From assembly GCA_964462785.1 (NCBI GenBank), contig CAYWZA010000002.1, forward strand, positions 1,061 to 65,060: a stretch of DNA of 64,000 bases, in the 5' to 3' direction. A program made the position numbers and the translations under genes. Below the pieces are notes generated by a model, which made no database searches, was not told where the DNA came from, and saw nothing but the letters and a program-made list of their open reading frames with translations. Shown here one piece after another: positions 55,504-64,000 of this stretch. This stretch comes from an uncultured Candidatus Saccharibacteria bacterium. Lineage in GTDB: Bacteria > Patescibacteriota > Minisyncoccia > Phycocordibacterales > UBA2100. Every line of letters starts with the position of its first letter. The stretch's first letter is position 1.

Positions 55504-56204
55504 GCTTGCTCAAATGCGTACTCTTCGAATACTAGGGATTGTGATGGATTTTTTGCAATGCGCAATGTTTCAAGTACGCCAGGCATGATCGGCTGGCGCA
55601 TGAGCTCTTTTTCAGAAAGCCAGCGCATGGAACCAATAGAGGATTCCGGCAGCAAATCTCCGCGCAGCTTGGTGCCGACAAACACGTGGAATAGCGTGTG
55701 AGCAATGACCTCATGCGCAGCATCGGTAACCAAAAGATACATGATACCTTTCTGTTTGAGCTGTGCAGTGAGTCCTGTTTTTTCCTGCAACTCCCGCTCG
55801 ACAGCATCGGTGATTTTTTCTCCCAGATGCACTTTTCCGAATGGAAAGCCATCCATATTGAGGAATGGCTGCTTTTTGCGCGTGTAGACGAGGTATTCGT
55901 TCTTTGTGTTTTTGCACACGATGAGTGTGGCGATGCGCGGCTGCATGCGGATAGAGAAATGCTCGAATGTCACCTGCGTTGCATGGTGGAGACCTTTGGT
56001 GGTGAGTGCGTAGCCGGCTCCTTTGCGGCATACGTATCCACGGCGTATGAGTGTTTTAAGATGGTAGCTAAACTGATTGCCTTCAATGTGTGGTGGCTTT
56101 ATCTGCGCGTAGCGTGCCACTTTATTCTCCGAGAGCTTCTTCAAAATATGCTTCTGAATAATGTGCATCTCCATCCCGTTAGAAATAGGACGCGTACGCC
56201 GCAT
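55500..56204 (-). CDS. NUDIX hydrolase with an N-terminal winged-helix domain
   Basis: The Nudix box is GKVHLGEKITDAVERELQEKTGL (GX5EX7REUXEEXGU). An N-terminal HTH-like segment is present. Confidence 0.65.
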   Translation of the reverse strand: MRRTRPISNGMEMHIIQKHILKKLSENKVARYAQIKPPHIEGNQFSYHLKTLIRRGYVCRKGAGYALTTKGLHHATQVTFEHFSIRMQPRIATLIVCKNTKNEYLVYTRKKQPFLNMDGFPFGKVHLGEKITDAVERELQEKTGLTAQLKQKGIMYLLVTDAAHEVIAHTLFHVFVGTKLRGDLLPESSIGSMRWLSEKELMRQPIMPGVLETLRIAKNPSQSLVFEEYAFEQA

Positions 56205-56411
56205 GGCTTGCGCCTACTCGGTTAATTCTTTTAACAATGACCGATGCATCCGTATAGTAGCTGAGTCGGCGTCCGCGATTTCTAACGGGATCCATACGTA
56301 CGGTGAGCATATACCACACCCGATCAAGACTTGAGTCAAGTTGTTTTGAGTCAATTGAGACTGAGGCAATACAACTTGTCTTACGCGCGTTGCGCGTGCG
56401 GGGGACACTAC

Positions 56412-56819
56412 ATGCAGGCATCAAAGGAGGATGTTATGCGCGATGTTGCAGGTTTGCTGGTGCAGAAGCGGGAAGACGTACTACGGACGTTGTTGGTCTT
56501 TAAGAAAGGATACTGGTTTTTCCCCAGTGGAAAGCGCGAGGAAGGAGAGAGTTTACATGAAACGCTTGCGCGGGAAGTGTATGAAGAGCTCGGACTCACG
56601 ATCGGGTGCATGCCGCCACGCGTGCATGTTGGGGAATTTCCGGCTATTGGTGGCACTGTGTATCGATTTCATACGTTCGTATGCAGGGCTGAACATCTCG
56701 TGGGCACGCCGCAGCTGCGTATCGGAGATAGTGTGAAAGATTGGGTGTGGGTGGATATGCCACTTGAGCTCAACCTAACGACTCACGCGCGGTTCATTAT
56801 TGATAGATTCGGGGTTTAA
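56412..56819 (+). CDS. NUDIX hydrolase (MutT-like)
   Basis: The Nudix box is SGKREEGESLHETLAREVYEELGL. Confidence 0.65.
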   Translation: MQASKEDVMRDVAGLLVQKREDVLRTLLVFKKGYWFFPSGKREEGESLHETLAREVYEELGLTIGCMPPRVHVGEFPAIGGTVYRFHTFVCRAEHLVGTPQLRIGDSVKDWVWVDMPLELNLTTHARFIIDRFGV

Positions 56820-56871
56820 TAGTGCGGGCGCTTCGCGCCCGCTTTTCATGCAGTAATATTTTTAGTAAGGT

Positions 56872-57531
56872 ATGACACAGTCTAAAAAGAGTAAGGAGCA
56901 GAAGATGCAAAGAGGAAAATTTATCGTCATTGATGGCGGTGAGGGGACGGGGACTACGACGATTTCCATGTACCTTGCCTCAGTGTTTGGCGACAACGCC
57001 ATTCGCACGCGTGAGCCGGGCGGCTCGCCGTATGCGGAAAAGATTCGAGAATTAATTTTAAGTGATTCGGCAAAAGAAACTGATGCTGAAACTCAATTCG
57101 CTTTGTTCTGGGCGGCTCGCCGCGATCATATGCGCTCGGTCATCATTCCTTCACTGGACGCCGGAAAACACGTCTTCTGCGATCGATTTGATTCATCCAC
57201 GTGGGCGTATCAGATTTGCGGTAAAGAAAATCCTCAACTGGTGAATCTCTTTTGGACGATGCGCGAACACTACATAGGTGGCTACGCGCCGGATTTGTAC
57301 ATGCTTCTCGATATTGAGCCGGAGCTTGGTATTGCGCGTGCAAAGGGGCGTGGCGGCCTACCAAATCATTTTGATCTGGCGCACATCGATTTCCACAAAC
57401 GAGTGCGTAAGGGATTCCGCGATTTCTGTGGCTATTACAAGTATGCGATCATCGACGCGAGTGCTCCGCTTGCAGAAGTAAAGTTGGAGGCGCTTCGCAT
57501 TGTGCAAGACATGATTGGTGGAGGTAGTTGA
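56872..57531 (+). CDS. tmk: Thymidylate kinase
   Basis: The P-loop is FIVIDGGEGTGTTT. The DRF motif is CDRFDSSTWAYQ. Confidence 0.8.
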   Translation: MTQSKKSKEQKMQRGKFIVIDGGEGTGTTTISMYLASVFGDNAIRTREPGGSPYAEKIRELILSDSAKETDAETQFALFWAARRDHMRSVIIPSLDAGKHVFCDRFDSSTWAYQICGKENPQLVNLFWTMREHYIGGYAPDLYMLLDIEPELGIARAKGRGGLPNHFDLAHIDFHKRVRKGFRDFCGYYKYAIIDASAPLAEVKLEALRIVQDMIGGGS

Positions 57532-57706
57532 ATGTGCCGCCGCAGCTTTAGCTGCGGCGGTTTTTAAGAGTCTGTCTGAAGTCTCGTGGTACCCATTCCT
57601 GAACATGCGGGTTTTTGAGCGAAAAACGAGTCGGAGCACGAAGTGCAGCTTAAGCTGCATTGAGTGCGAGACGAAGTTTTGCAGCCAAAAACATAGCGTG
57701 TTCAGA

Positions 57707-59410
57707 ATGGGGGAAGACTTTAGACAGGCTCTAGCGTACTATGGGGAAATGGACGTCGCAGCAAACATACTCGATGCGCTAAAAAAATCGCTGGTCAGTG
57801 CGGGGGTGGAGCATCCCGATCCCAAGATTGAGTTTCCGGCAGAGTTTGTGCATGGCGATTTTGCGACGAACGCGGGGCTGGTGTATGGCAAACAGCTCGG
57901 GAAAAACCCGAAAATGTTTGCGGATGAAATTGTTGCGGCACTTGGCGAGATAGAGGGGGTTTCAAAAATAGAGGTAGCGGGTCCGGGTTTCATTAATTTC
58001 CACCTTGTGCCAGAGTATTTCTCCACTTTGCCGGTCTATATATCGCCACGTGAATGGGGGAAAGGTAGTGCACGGAGCGAGCAGGTGGTTGTCGAATACA
58101 CTGACCCCAACCCATTCAAAGCATTCCACATCGGGCATTTGATGAGCAATACGATTGGCGAATCGCTTGCGCGGCTTATAGAAAATACCGGAGCGAAAGT
58201 TGTGCGCGCAAACTATCAGGGCGACCTCGGTGTGCACGTGGCATCTGCGATATGGGGCATGCGCATGCTTGGCTTGGACCCCAAAAGCGCGGATGATTTC
58301 GGGCGCGCGTATGCCGCAGGCGCGACCGCATATAAGGAGGATGAGGCCGCAAAGAAAGAAATAGACGAGATCAACAAAAAACTCTACGACCGCTCCGATC
58401 TCGAACTCGGCGCTATATATGATACAGGGCGTACAGCATCACTCGATGCATTTGAGCGTATCTACGCGATGCTCGGCACGAAATTTGACCGTTACTTTTT
58501 TGAAAGCGAAACAGGATCGGTTGGAAAGGAAATAGTAACTGCTCATCCGGATATTTTTCCCGAATCAGACGGCGCGCGTGTGTTTAAAGGAGAGGAATAC
58601 GGATTGCACACGCGGGTGTTCATCAATGCACAGGGACTCCCGACGTACGAGGCAAAAGAATTGGGTCTTGAGACGATGAAAGCAAAAGAATATCCTGATG
58701 CCACGCAATTCATCGTGGTGACCGGCAACGAAATCATCGACTATTTTAAAGTCATTAGAAAAGTGTTGGAGCTTATCGAGCCCAAGACCGCCGCGCGTCT
58801 CATACATGTGCCGCATGGCATGATGCGTCTTCCTTCGGGGAAAATGAGCTCGCGTACGGGGAATGTCATCACCGGCGAATCATTGCTACATGATTTGGAG
58901 GAAGCGGCTCGCGAACGCGCGCGTGAAAGTCGCGCTGATGATATTGATACACTCGCGCGAGTGATTGCTGTTGGCGCGATCAAATATCAAATTCTACGGC
59001 AGGCAGTGAGCAGAGATATTGTGTTTGATGAGGCACAGGCACTGTCCCTCGAGGGTAACTCGGGACCATATATTCAATACGCACACGCGCGCGCATGTGC
59101 ATTGCTTGCAAGGGGAAGAGAGGCGGGGGTGTCACCAGCGGCACGAGTGGGGGAGCAGGTGAGCATCGTTGAACGGCTCATCGCGCGCTTTCCACATATT
59201 GCCGCACGCGCAGCATCAGAGCTCGCACCGCAACATATCGCCACATTTCTCATTGAGCTATCGAGCGCATTCAATGCATGGTATGCGCAAGAACAGATTC
59301 TCGACGGCACTGATAATGCCCCGCGCAAGCTCGCTATCGTTGCTGCCGTCGCCACAACACTCAAAAATGGACTGCATCTCCTCGGTATTGAAGCGCCAGA
59401 GAAAATGTAA
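57707..59410 (+). CDS. argS: Arginine--tRNA ligase
   Basis: The HIGH motif is FHIGHLMSN. The KMSK-like motif is KMSSRTG. The C-terminal DALR anticodon-binding domain is present. The start is uncertain because the track ORF begins at 57515 and overlaps tmk. Confidence 0.8.
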   Translation: MGEDFRQALAYYGEMDVAANILDALKKSLVSAGVEHPDPKIEFPAEFVHGDFATNAGLVYGKQLGKNPKMFADEIVAALGEIEGVSKIEVAGPGFINFHLVPEYFSTLPVYISPREWGKGSARSEQVVVEYTDPNPFKAFHIGHLMSNTIGESLARLIENTGAKVVRANYQGDLGVHVASAIWGMRMLGLDPKSADDFGRAYAAGATAYKEDEAAKKEIDEINKKLYDRSDLELGAIYDTGRTASLDAFERIYAMLGTKFDRYFFESETGSVGKEIVTAHPDIFPESDGARVFKGEEYGLHTRVFINAQGLPTYEAKELGLETMKAKEYPDATQFIVVTGNEIIDYFKVIRKVLELIEPKTAARLIHVPHGMMRLPSGKMSSRTGNVITGESLLHDLEEAARERARESRADDIDTLARVIAVGAIKYQILRQAVSRDIVFDEAQALSLEGNSGPYIQYAHARACALLARGREAGVSPAARVGEQVSIVERLIARFPHIAARAASELAPQHIATFLIELSSAFNAWYAQEQILDGTDNAPRKLAIVAAVATTLKNGLHLLGIEAPEKM

Positions 59411-59590
59411 AATTGGCTCAGTAGAGCCGTGTTATCCACAGCACTTGCGCTTTTCTGCAGGGATGATACAATATACACAGAGGTGAAGCAGGAGAAATGA
59501 CTCGAACTGCATGACTCACGCGGAAACGCGGTGGGTAATGGACTTCGGAGATACTCGGCTTTCATCAATGGGAAAAAGAAGGAGAGAACC

Positions 59591-59824
59591 ATGGAGCTCG
59601 TAGCATGCGCCCCGCGGGGTGATTTGGAGAAGACTCAGCAGGCGCGCAACGTGTTGCGCCAGCGTGTTGAGGGAGGACACTTTCCTTTTGTGTTGTACGT
59701 CGAAAGAGAGTGTTTCGTTATAAAAGACGCTTCCACATGGGAGCAATTCCGCAACCAGATTGCTCCCAAAATTGCAGGCGTCGAGTCTGCGTGGGCAGTC
59801 AAAAATTTGCAAGTTGCTGCATAA
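59591..59824 (+). CDS. Hypothetical small protein (about 77 aa)
   Basis: The ORF follows the RBS aaggagag and has no recognisable family. Confidence 0.3.
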   Translation: MELVACAPRGDLEKTQQARNVLRQRVEGGHFPFVLYVERECFVIKDASTWEQFRNQIAPKIAGVESAWAVKNLQVAA

Positions 59825-59906
59825 GCACTCGCAGCCCGCATCACACATTCGTGATGCGGGCGCTTTTTTTTGGCAGAAAAACTGCTGAGATGGTACGATA
59901 GAACGC

Positions 59907-62900
59907 ATGCAGGACTCCAACGTTAAAAAGAGCCAGACCGCTCAGCGGGAAGAGGCGACACTGGCGTTTTGGAAGGAACAAGACATTTTCAAAAAAACCC
60001 TCGCCCGTAAGGCGCCCAAAGGGGATTTTGTATTTTACGAGGGTCCTCCCACGGCAAACGGTCACCCTGCCATTCACCACCTCGAAGCGCGCGCGTTCAA
60101 GGATTTGATACCGCGCTATAAGGCAATGCAGGGGTATCGCGTGCGGCGCAAAGCGGGCTGGGACACCCATGGATTGCCCGTCGAGCTTGAGGTGGAGAAA
60201 GAATTGGGGCTCAAAAACAAGAAAGAGGTTGAGGGCTACGGCATCGAAAAGTTTAACCAGAAATGTAAAGAGAGTGTCCTGCGCTACATTGACGAATGGA
60301 AAGAATTTACCGATCGCATCGGTTTTTGGGTGGATCATGACGAGACGTACTTCACGTTTGCGAACGACTATATCGAATCGGTATGGAACATTCTGAAAAC
60401 CGTTGATGAGAAAGAACTCCTCTACAAAGACTATCGCGTCGTGCCCTGGTGTACGCGCTGCGGTACGCCTCTCTCATCGCACGAAGTTGCCGATGGATAC
60501 AAAGACGTCACCGACACATCTATCTATGTGCTGTTTAAATTGGCAGATCGAGATGAATATATCGCTGCGTGGACGACAACGCCATGGACGCTGCCAGGGA
60601 ATGTCGCGCTCGCGATCAATGAAGATCTCACCTATGGATTGGTTGCCATAAACGGAAAACGCGTATGGATGGCGAAAGATCGTGCACAGGCGCTGTTCCC
60701 TGATGCTTCAGTGGAGCAAACCAAGCAGGGGAAAGAGTTGTTGCAGCTCTCATACGAACCACTGTTCCCATACCTGCGCGATAGTGCGCCTGAAAGCCAG
60801 CGGGAATCATTTGAGCATGCATACAAAATTTTCTCCGCCGCGTTTGTGGGAGCGGAAGATGGCACCGGTGTTGTGCACATAGCGCCCATGTATGGTGCAG
60901 ACGACTTTGAGCTCGGCACAAAACACAAGCTTCCAAAACATCACGTGGTGAATGAAGAAGGGAAGTTTATCGATGCCGCAGGTCCGCTTGCGGGCATGTA
61001 TGTGAAAAAGGCAGACAAAGAAATCATCACGCTGCTCGGGGAAAAAGTGTTGCGCATCGAAGAGGTCGTGCACTCGTATCCGCATTGCTGGCGCTGTAAG
61101 AGCCCGCTCATCTACTATGCGCGCGATTCGTGGTACATCCGCATGTCGGAAGTGCGCAGCAAGCTTGTCTCGGAGAACAAAAAAATCCACTGGGAGCCGT
61201 CGCACATTCGCGATGGCAGATTTGGCGAATGGCTCAAGGAGGTGAAGGACTGGGCGATCAGCCGCAATCGTTTCTGGGGGACGCCGCTTCCTATATGGCG
61301 ATCAGAAAGCGGCAAGACGCTCGTCGTCGGGTCGCTCGACGAATTGAAAAAGCTTTCCAAAAAGTCGGGCAACTCATATTTCATGATGCGGCACGGTGAA
61401 TCCGAAGGTAACGTAACGCGCACTATCAACTCAGACCCGCATAAGCAGGTACCGCTTACCCAAAAGGGCAGAGAGCAAGTAGAAGAAGCTGCGAAGCAGA
61501 TGCAGCGCCCCGACTACATCTATGTGTCACCGCTTACGCGGGCACAACAAACTGCGCAGATTGTCGCGCAGGCATTCGGCATACCGGATGACCGCGTGAT
61601 TACCGATGCTCGTCTGCAAGAAATCGGCGTCGGTGTGTATGAGGGGCGATCACTCGATGAATACAATGCCGAGTTTCCAAATACGATGGAAGAATTTACG
61701 CGCAAGCCCGAAGGTGGAGAGAATTGGATGGATGTAAAGCGCCGCGCAGGTAATTTTCTGTATGATATTGAAACAAAACATCAGAACAGCACCATCCTGC
61801 TGATTTCACACGGCGATACGACGTGGCTCATGCAGGCTGCAGCATGCGGCGCCGACAAAACAGAAACACTTGCCACGGTGGGTGAAATGAAAAACGCGGA
61901 AGTGCGCGCGCTCGATTTCACACCACTCCCCGTGAATGGCGACTACGAGCTTGATGTGCACCGACCATACATAGATACGATTACGTTGGAGCACGATGGG
62001 GAAACATACGTACGCGTGCCGGAAGTGTTGGATGTGTGGTTTGACTCCGGGGCGATGCCGTTTGCGCAGGATCACTATCCGTTTGAGAACAAAAAGTGGA
62101 TTGACGGCGCGGGGTATCCGGCGGATTTCATATCCGAAGCGATTGATCAAACACGCGGGTGGTTTTACACACTGCACGCGATTGGCGTTTTGATGGGGCG
62201 CGGCGCAGCATACAAGAATGTGATTTGTTTGGGGCATTTGCTCGATGACAAAGGAAAGAAGATGTCCAAATCGCAGGGAAATGTCATCAATCCATGGAAC
62301 GTGCTGCCGAAATATGGCGCGGATGCGCTGCGGTATTGGATGTATGCGGTGAATGAGGCGGGAGCGTCAAAAAATTTCGACGAACGCACCGTCGAGGAGA
62401 TCGTAAAAAAGCACATGGGGCGGCTGCTCAACGTCCTTTCATTCTATGAATTGTACAAACAGGATGTTGTGCACACAGCGTCGCGCAAGAGCGCGCATGT
62501 GCTGGACCGCTGGATCATTGCGCGTATCGATACGCTTACGCACGACATGACTGAGCATCTCGATGCATATGAAATTGACCGCGCGGTGCGTCCTATTGCA
62601 GATTTTATCGATGATCTTTCCACATGGTACTTGCGCCGCTCACGCGATCGCATCAAAGGGGACAACGAGAAGGATAAGAAGCACGCGCTGGCGACACTGC
62701 GCTATGTACTGCTCGAGCTTTCTATATTGATCGCTCCGGCAATGCCGTTTCTTGCTGAGCATATGTATCAAGCGGTAGGCGGCAAGAAAGAGAGCGTACA
62801 CCTCGATAGCTGGCCGAAAGCAGTGGCGCTTAAAAAAGCGGAGCGTGATGTGCTCGACATGATGCAGAAAGCGCGCGATGTGGTCTCTCTCGGGCTTGAA

Positions 62901-63320
62901 GCGCGCGCCGCAGCGCAGATTAAGGTGCGCCAGCCGCTCCAGAGCGCAACGCTCAAAGATGATTTTGATGCGGAGGTACGCGCGACTATTCGGGATGAAC
63001 TTAATGTGAAAGAGATACGCGCAGACAAAGAACAGGATGCGCCAATTGTATTTGATCTGGTGATTACCGATGCGCTGAAGCGGGAGGGGGAGCTGCGTGA
63101 TATTTTGCGCGCCGTGCAGGAGTTGCGAAAAAAGAAAGGGCTGCAGCCGGGAGAGCCCACCATACTTATTGTCGGCACAGGAGTTGAGGGGCGCACGCGC
63201 ATTGAGGAGTGGAAAGAAGTCATTATGAAAGCTGCGGCGATCGAACACATCGAATATGATGCCAATAGCGGTGACCCGCTCGAGTTTGATGACTACGAAG
63301 TGAGGATGGCGCTAAAATAG
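59907..63320 (+). CDS. ileS: Isoleucine--tRNA ligase (type 2) with an inserted histidine-phosphatase (PGAM-like) domain
   Basis: The N-terminus GPPTANGHPAIHH...WDTHGLPVELEVEK matches the Thermus-type IleS, and KMSKS is present. The segment NSYFMMRHGESEGN....LLISHGDTT (about nt 61370-61950) has the RHG and H motifs of histidine phosphatases. It lies where the related IleS has only a short zinc-finger segment. Confidence 0.8.
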   Translation: MQDSNVKKSQTAQREEATLAFWKEQDIFKKTLARKAPKGDFVFYEGPPTANGHPAIHHLEARAFKDLIPRYKAMQGYRVRRKAGWDTHGLPVELEVEKELGLKNKKEVEGYGIEKFNQKCKESVLRYIDEWKEFTDRIGFWVDHDETYFTFANDYIESVWNILKTVDEKELLYKDYRVVPWCTRCGTPLSSHEVADGYKDVTDTSIYVLFKLADRDEYIAAWTTTPWTLPGNVALAINEDLTYGLVAINGKRVWMAKDRAQALFPDASVEQTKQGKELLQLSYEPLFPYLRDSAPESQRESFEHAYKIFSAAFVGAEDGTGVVHIAPMYGADDFELGTKHKLPKHHVVNEEGKFIDAAGPLAGMYVKKADKEIITLLGEKVLRIEEVVHSYPHCWRCKSPLIYYARDSWYIRMSEVRSKLVSENKKIHWEPSHIRDGRFGEWLKEVKDWAISRNRFWGTPLPIWRSESGKTLVVGSLDELKKLSKKSGNSYFMMRHGESEGNVTRTINSDPHKQVPLTQKGREQVEEAAKQMQRPDYIYVSPLTRAQQTAQIVAQAFGIPDDRVITDARLQEIGVGVYEGRSLDEYNAEFPNTMEEFTRKPEGGENWMDVKRRAGNFLYDIETKHQNSTILLISHGDTTWLMQAAACGADKTETLATVGEMKNAEVRALDFTPLPVNGDYELDVHRPYIDTITLEHDGETYVRVPEVLDVWFDSGAMPFAQDHYPFENKKWIDGAGYPADFISEAIDQTRGWFYTLHAIGVLMGRGAAYKNVICLGHLLDDKGKKMSKSQGNVINPWNVLPKYGADALRYWMYAVNEAGASKNFDERTVEEIVKKHMGRLLNVLSFYELYKQDVVHTASRKSAHVLDRWIIARIDTLTHDMTEHLDAYEIDRAVRPIADFIDDLSTWYLRRSRDRIKGDNEKDKKHALATLRYVLLELSILIAPAMPFLAEHMYQAVGGKKESVHLDSWPKAVALKKAERDVLDMMQKARDVVSLGLEARAAAQIKVRQPLQSATLKDDFDAEVRATIRDELNVKEIRADKEQDAPIVFDLVITDALKREGELRDILRAVQELRKKKGLQPGEPTILIVGTGVEGRTRIEEWKEVIMKAAAIEHIEYDANSGDPLEFDDYEVRMALK

Positions 63321-63344
63321 CTCACCCGGTAGTAGAAATTCAGC

Positions 63345-63614
63345 TTGATTATGTTCTACACTTACGTACTCGAGGGCAACAAACAAAAGGACCTTTACAT
63401 CGGGTTCACGCACGATTTGCGCAAACGTATTTCAGAACATAATCAGGGTCTTACCAAAACCACCAAAGGTGACACATGGCGATGTATTTACTACGAAGCA
63501 TGTCGTGAGGAAAAAGATGCTCGTCGCAGAGAACGTTATTTTAAAACCAGCCAAGGTCGGCGGCTTTTGAAACGTAGATTACAAGACTATTTCAGAGTGC
63601 GACGAGCAAGCTGA
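63345..63614 (+). CDS. GIY-YIG nuclease family small protein
   Basis: YTYVLEGNKQKDLYIGFTHDLRKRISEHNQG is the GIY-YIG motif. The protein is 89 aa. Confidence 0.65.
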   Translation: MIMFYTYVLEGNKQKDLYIGFTHDLRKRISEHNQGLTKTTKGDTWRCIYYEACREEKDARRRERYFKTSQGRRLLKRRLQDYFRVRRAS

Positions 63615-63621
63615 ATTCTCA

Positions 63622-64000
63622 CTACCGGGGCATGTACGAAAAGTACACCACAGACGCAGTGATACTTACTGAGCGTGAGCAAGGCGAGCGCGACAAGGTG
63701 TTTGCGCTCTACACGCATGATTTTGGATTGGTGTATGCGCGAGCGAGCGCAGTGCGCACCATGAGCTCGCGCATGCGCTCGGCGCTTACGTTGTTTGCCC
63801 CCGTCTCGGTTTCATTAGTGCGCGGCACCCGCGGCTGGCGTGTCACGGGTGCGCGACCAGCTTTATATACGAAACTGGTTCCGGAAGGGGCGCATACGTT
63901 TGCGCGCATTGCGCGGCTCTGCCTGCGCCTCGTGCGGGGCGAGGAACGAAATGAATATTTATTCAATACACTGCGGGGTGCTCGTGAGGCGTGTGCGGAG
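63622..64000 (+). CDS. recO: DNA repair protein RecO, partial (N-terminal, runs off the window end)
   Basis: MYEKYTTDAVILTEREQGERDKVFALYTHDFGLVYARASAVR resembles the RecO N-terminal OB-fold start. There is no stop codon in the window. Confidence 0.5.

Noticed and set aside
1-64000. Alternative genetic code (UGA recoding as in some CPR lineages)
   Set aside because: Many long ORFs (up to 2785 aa) are intact under the standard code, with conserved domains continuous across them. There is no evidence for stop-codon reassignment.

Overview
This 64 kb window looks like a small-genome, CPR/Patescibacteria-like bacterium; that assignment is an inference from gene content only, and GC is roughly 55%. 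Long ORFs are intact with the standard code. Housekeeping genes are interleaved with an accessory-like block.

Housekeeping content:
- Partial ruvB, plus ruvA, ruvX, polA and a short holA-like gene.
- argS, ileS, and a partial recO start.
- rpsT, rplS, and the secE-nusG-rplK operon with a clear sigma70 promoter.
- thyA/folA/dcd/tmk and two NUDIX genes.
- uppS, a rluA-family gene, tsaE, a SpoU methylase, and a Mur ligase.
- Type IV pilus genes: the pilB ATPase, a prepilin, and pilM-pilN-pilO.
- Seven tRNAs: Lys-TTT, Arg-GCG, Ser-TGA, Arg-TCT, Val-TAC, Leu-GAG and His-GTG.

The most striking content:
1. A family of about 100-190 nt structured elements sits immediately 3' of four tRNA genes. They share a two-hairpin architecture supported by compensatory base changes and end in CGTGACC. 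In three copies that terminus is followed by a 20-23 bp duplicate of the upstream tRNA 3' end, including trailer bases. This is the signature of T-loop-targeted insertion.
2. A roughly 25 kb block (10.4-34.5 kb) carries paralogous signal-peptide proteins of 329, 476, 483, 819 and 2785 aa. They share a Cys-rich N-terminal module, a Gly/Met-rich motif and a conserved C-terminal twin beta-domain. The 2785-aa giant also has a PG_binding_1 domain, a YkuD-like L,D-transpeptidase fold and an RlpA-like DPBB domain.
3. A 1027-aa secreted protein has a GH73-like domain and an Amidase_2-like domain. It is flanked by two small secreted proteins driven by near-identical promoters.

Also notable:
- Two hairpin-enclosed intergenic elements share a conserved core.
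- An exact 176-bp tandem duplication lies inside the giant gene.
- The IleS gene has a histidine-phosphatase (PGAM-like) domain inserted.
- An AT-rich islet carries a free-standing LAGLIDADG homing endonuclease next to tRNA-Leu.
- A small GIY-YIG gene lies between ileS and recO.
- There is an AAA-ATPase/CYTH fusion.

No CRISPR array or rRNA was seen.
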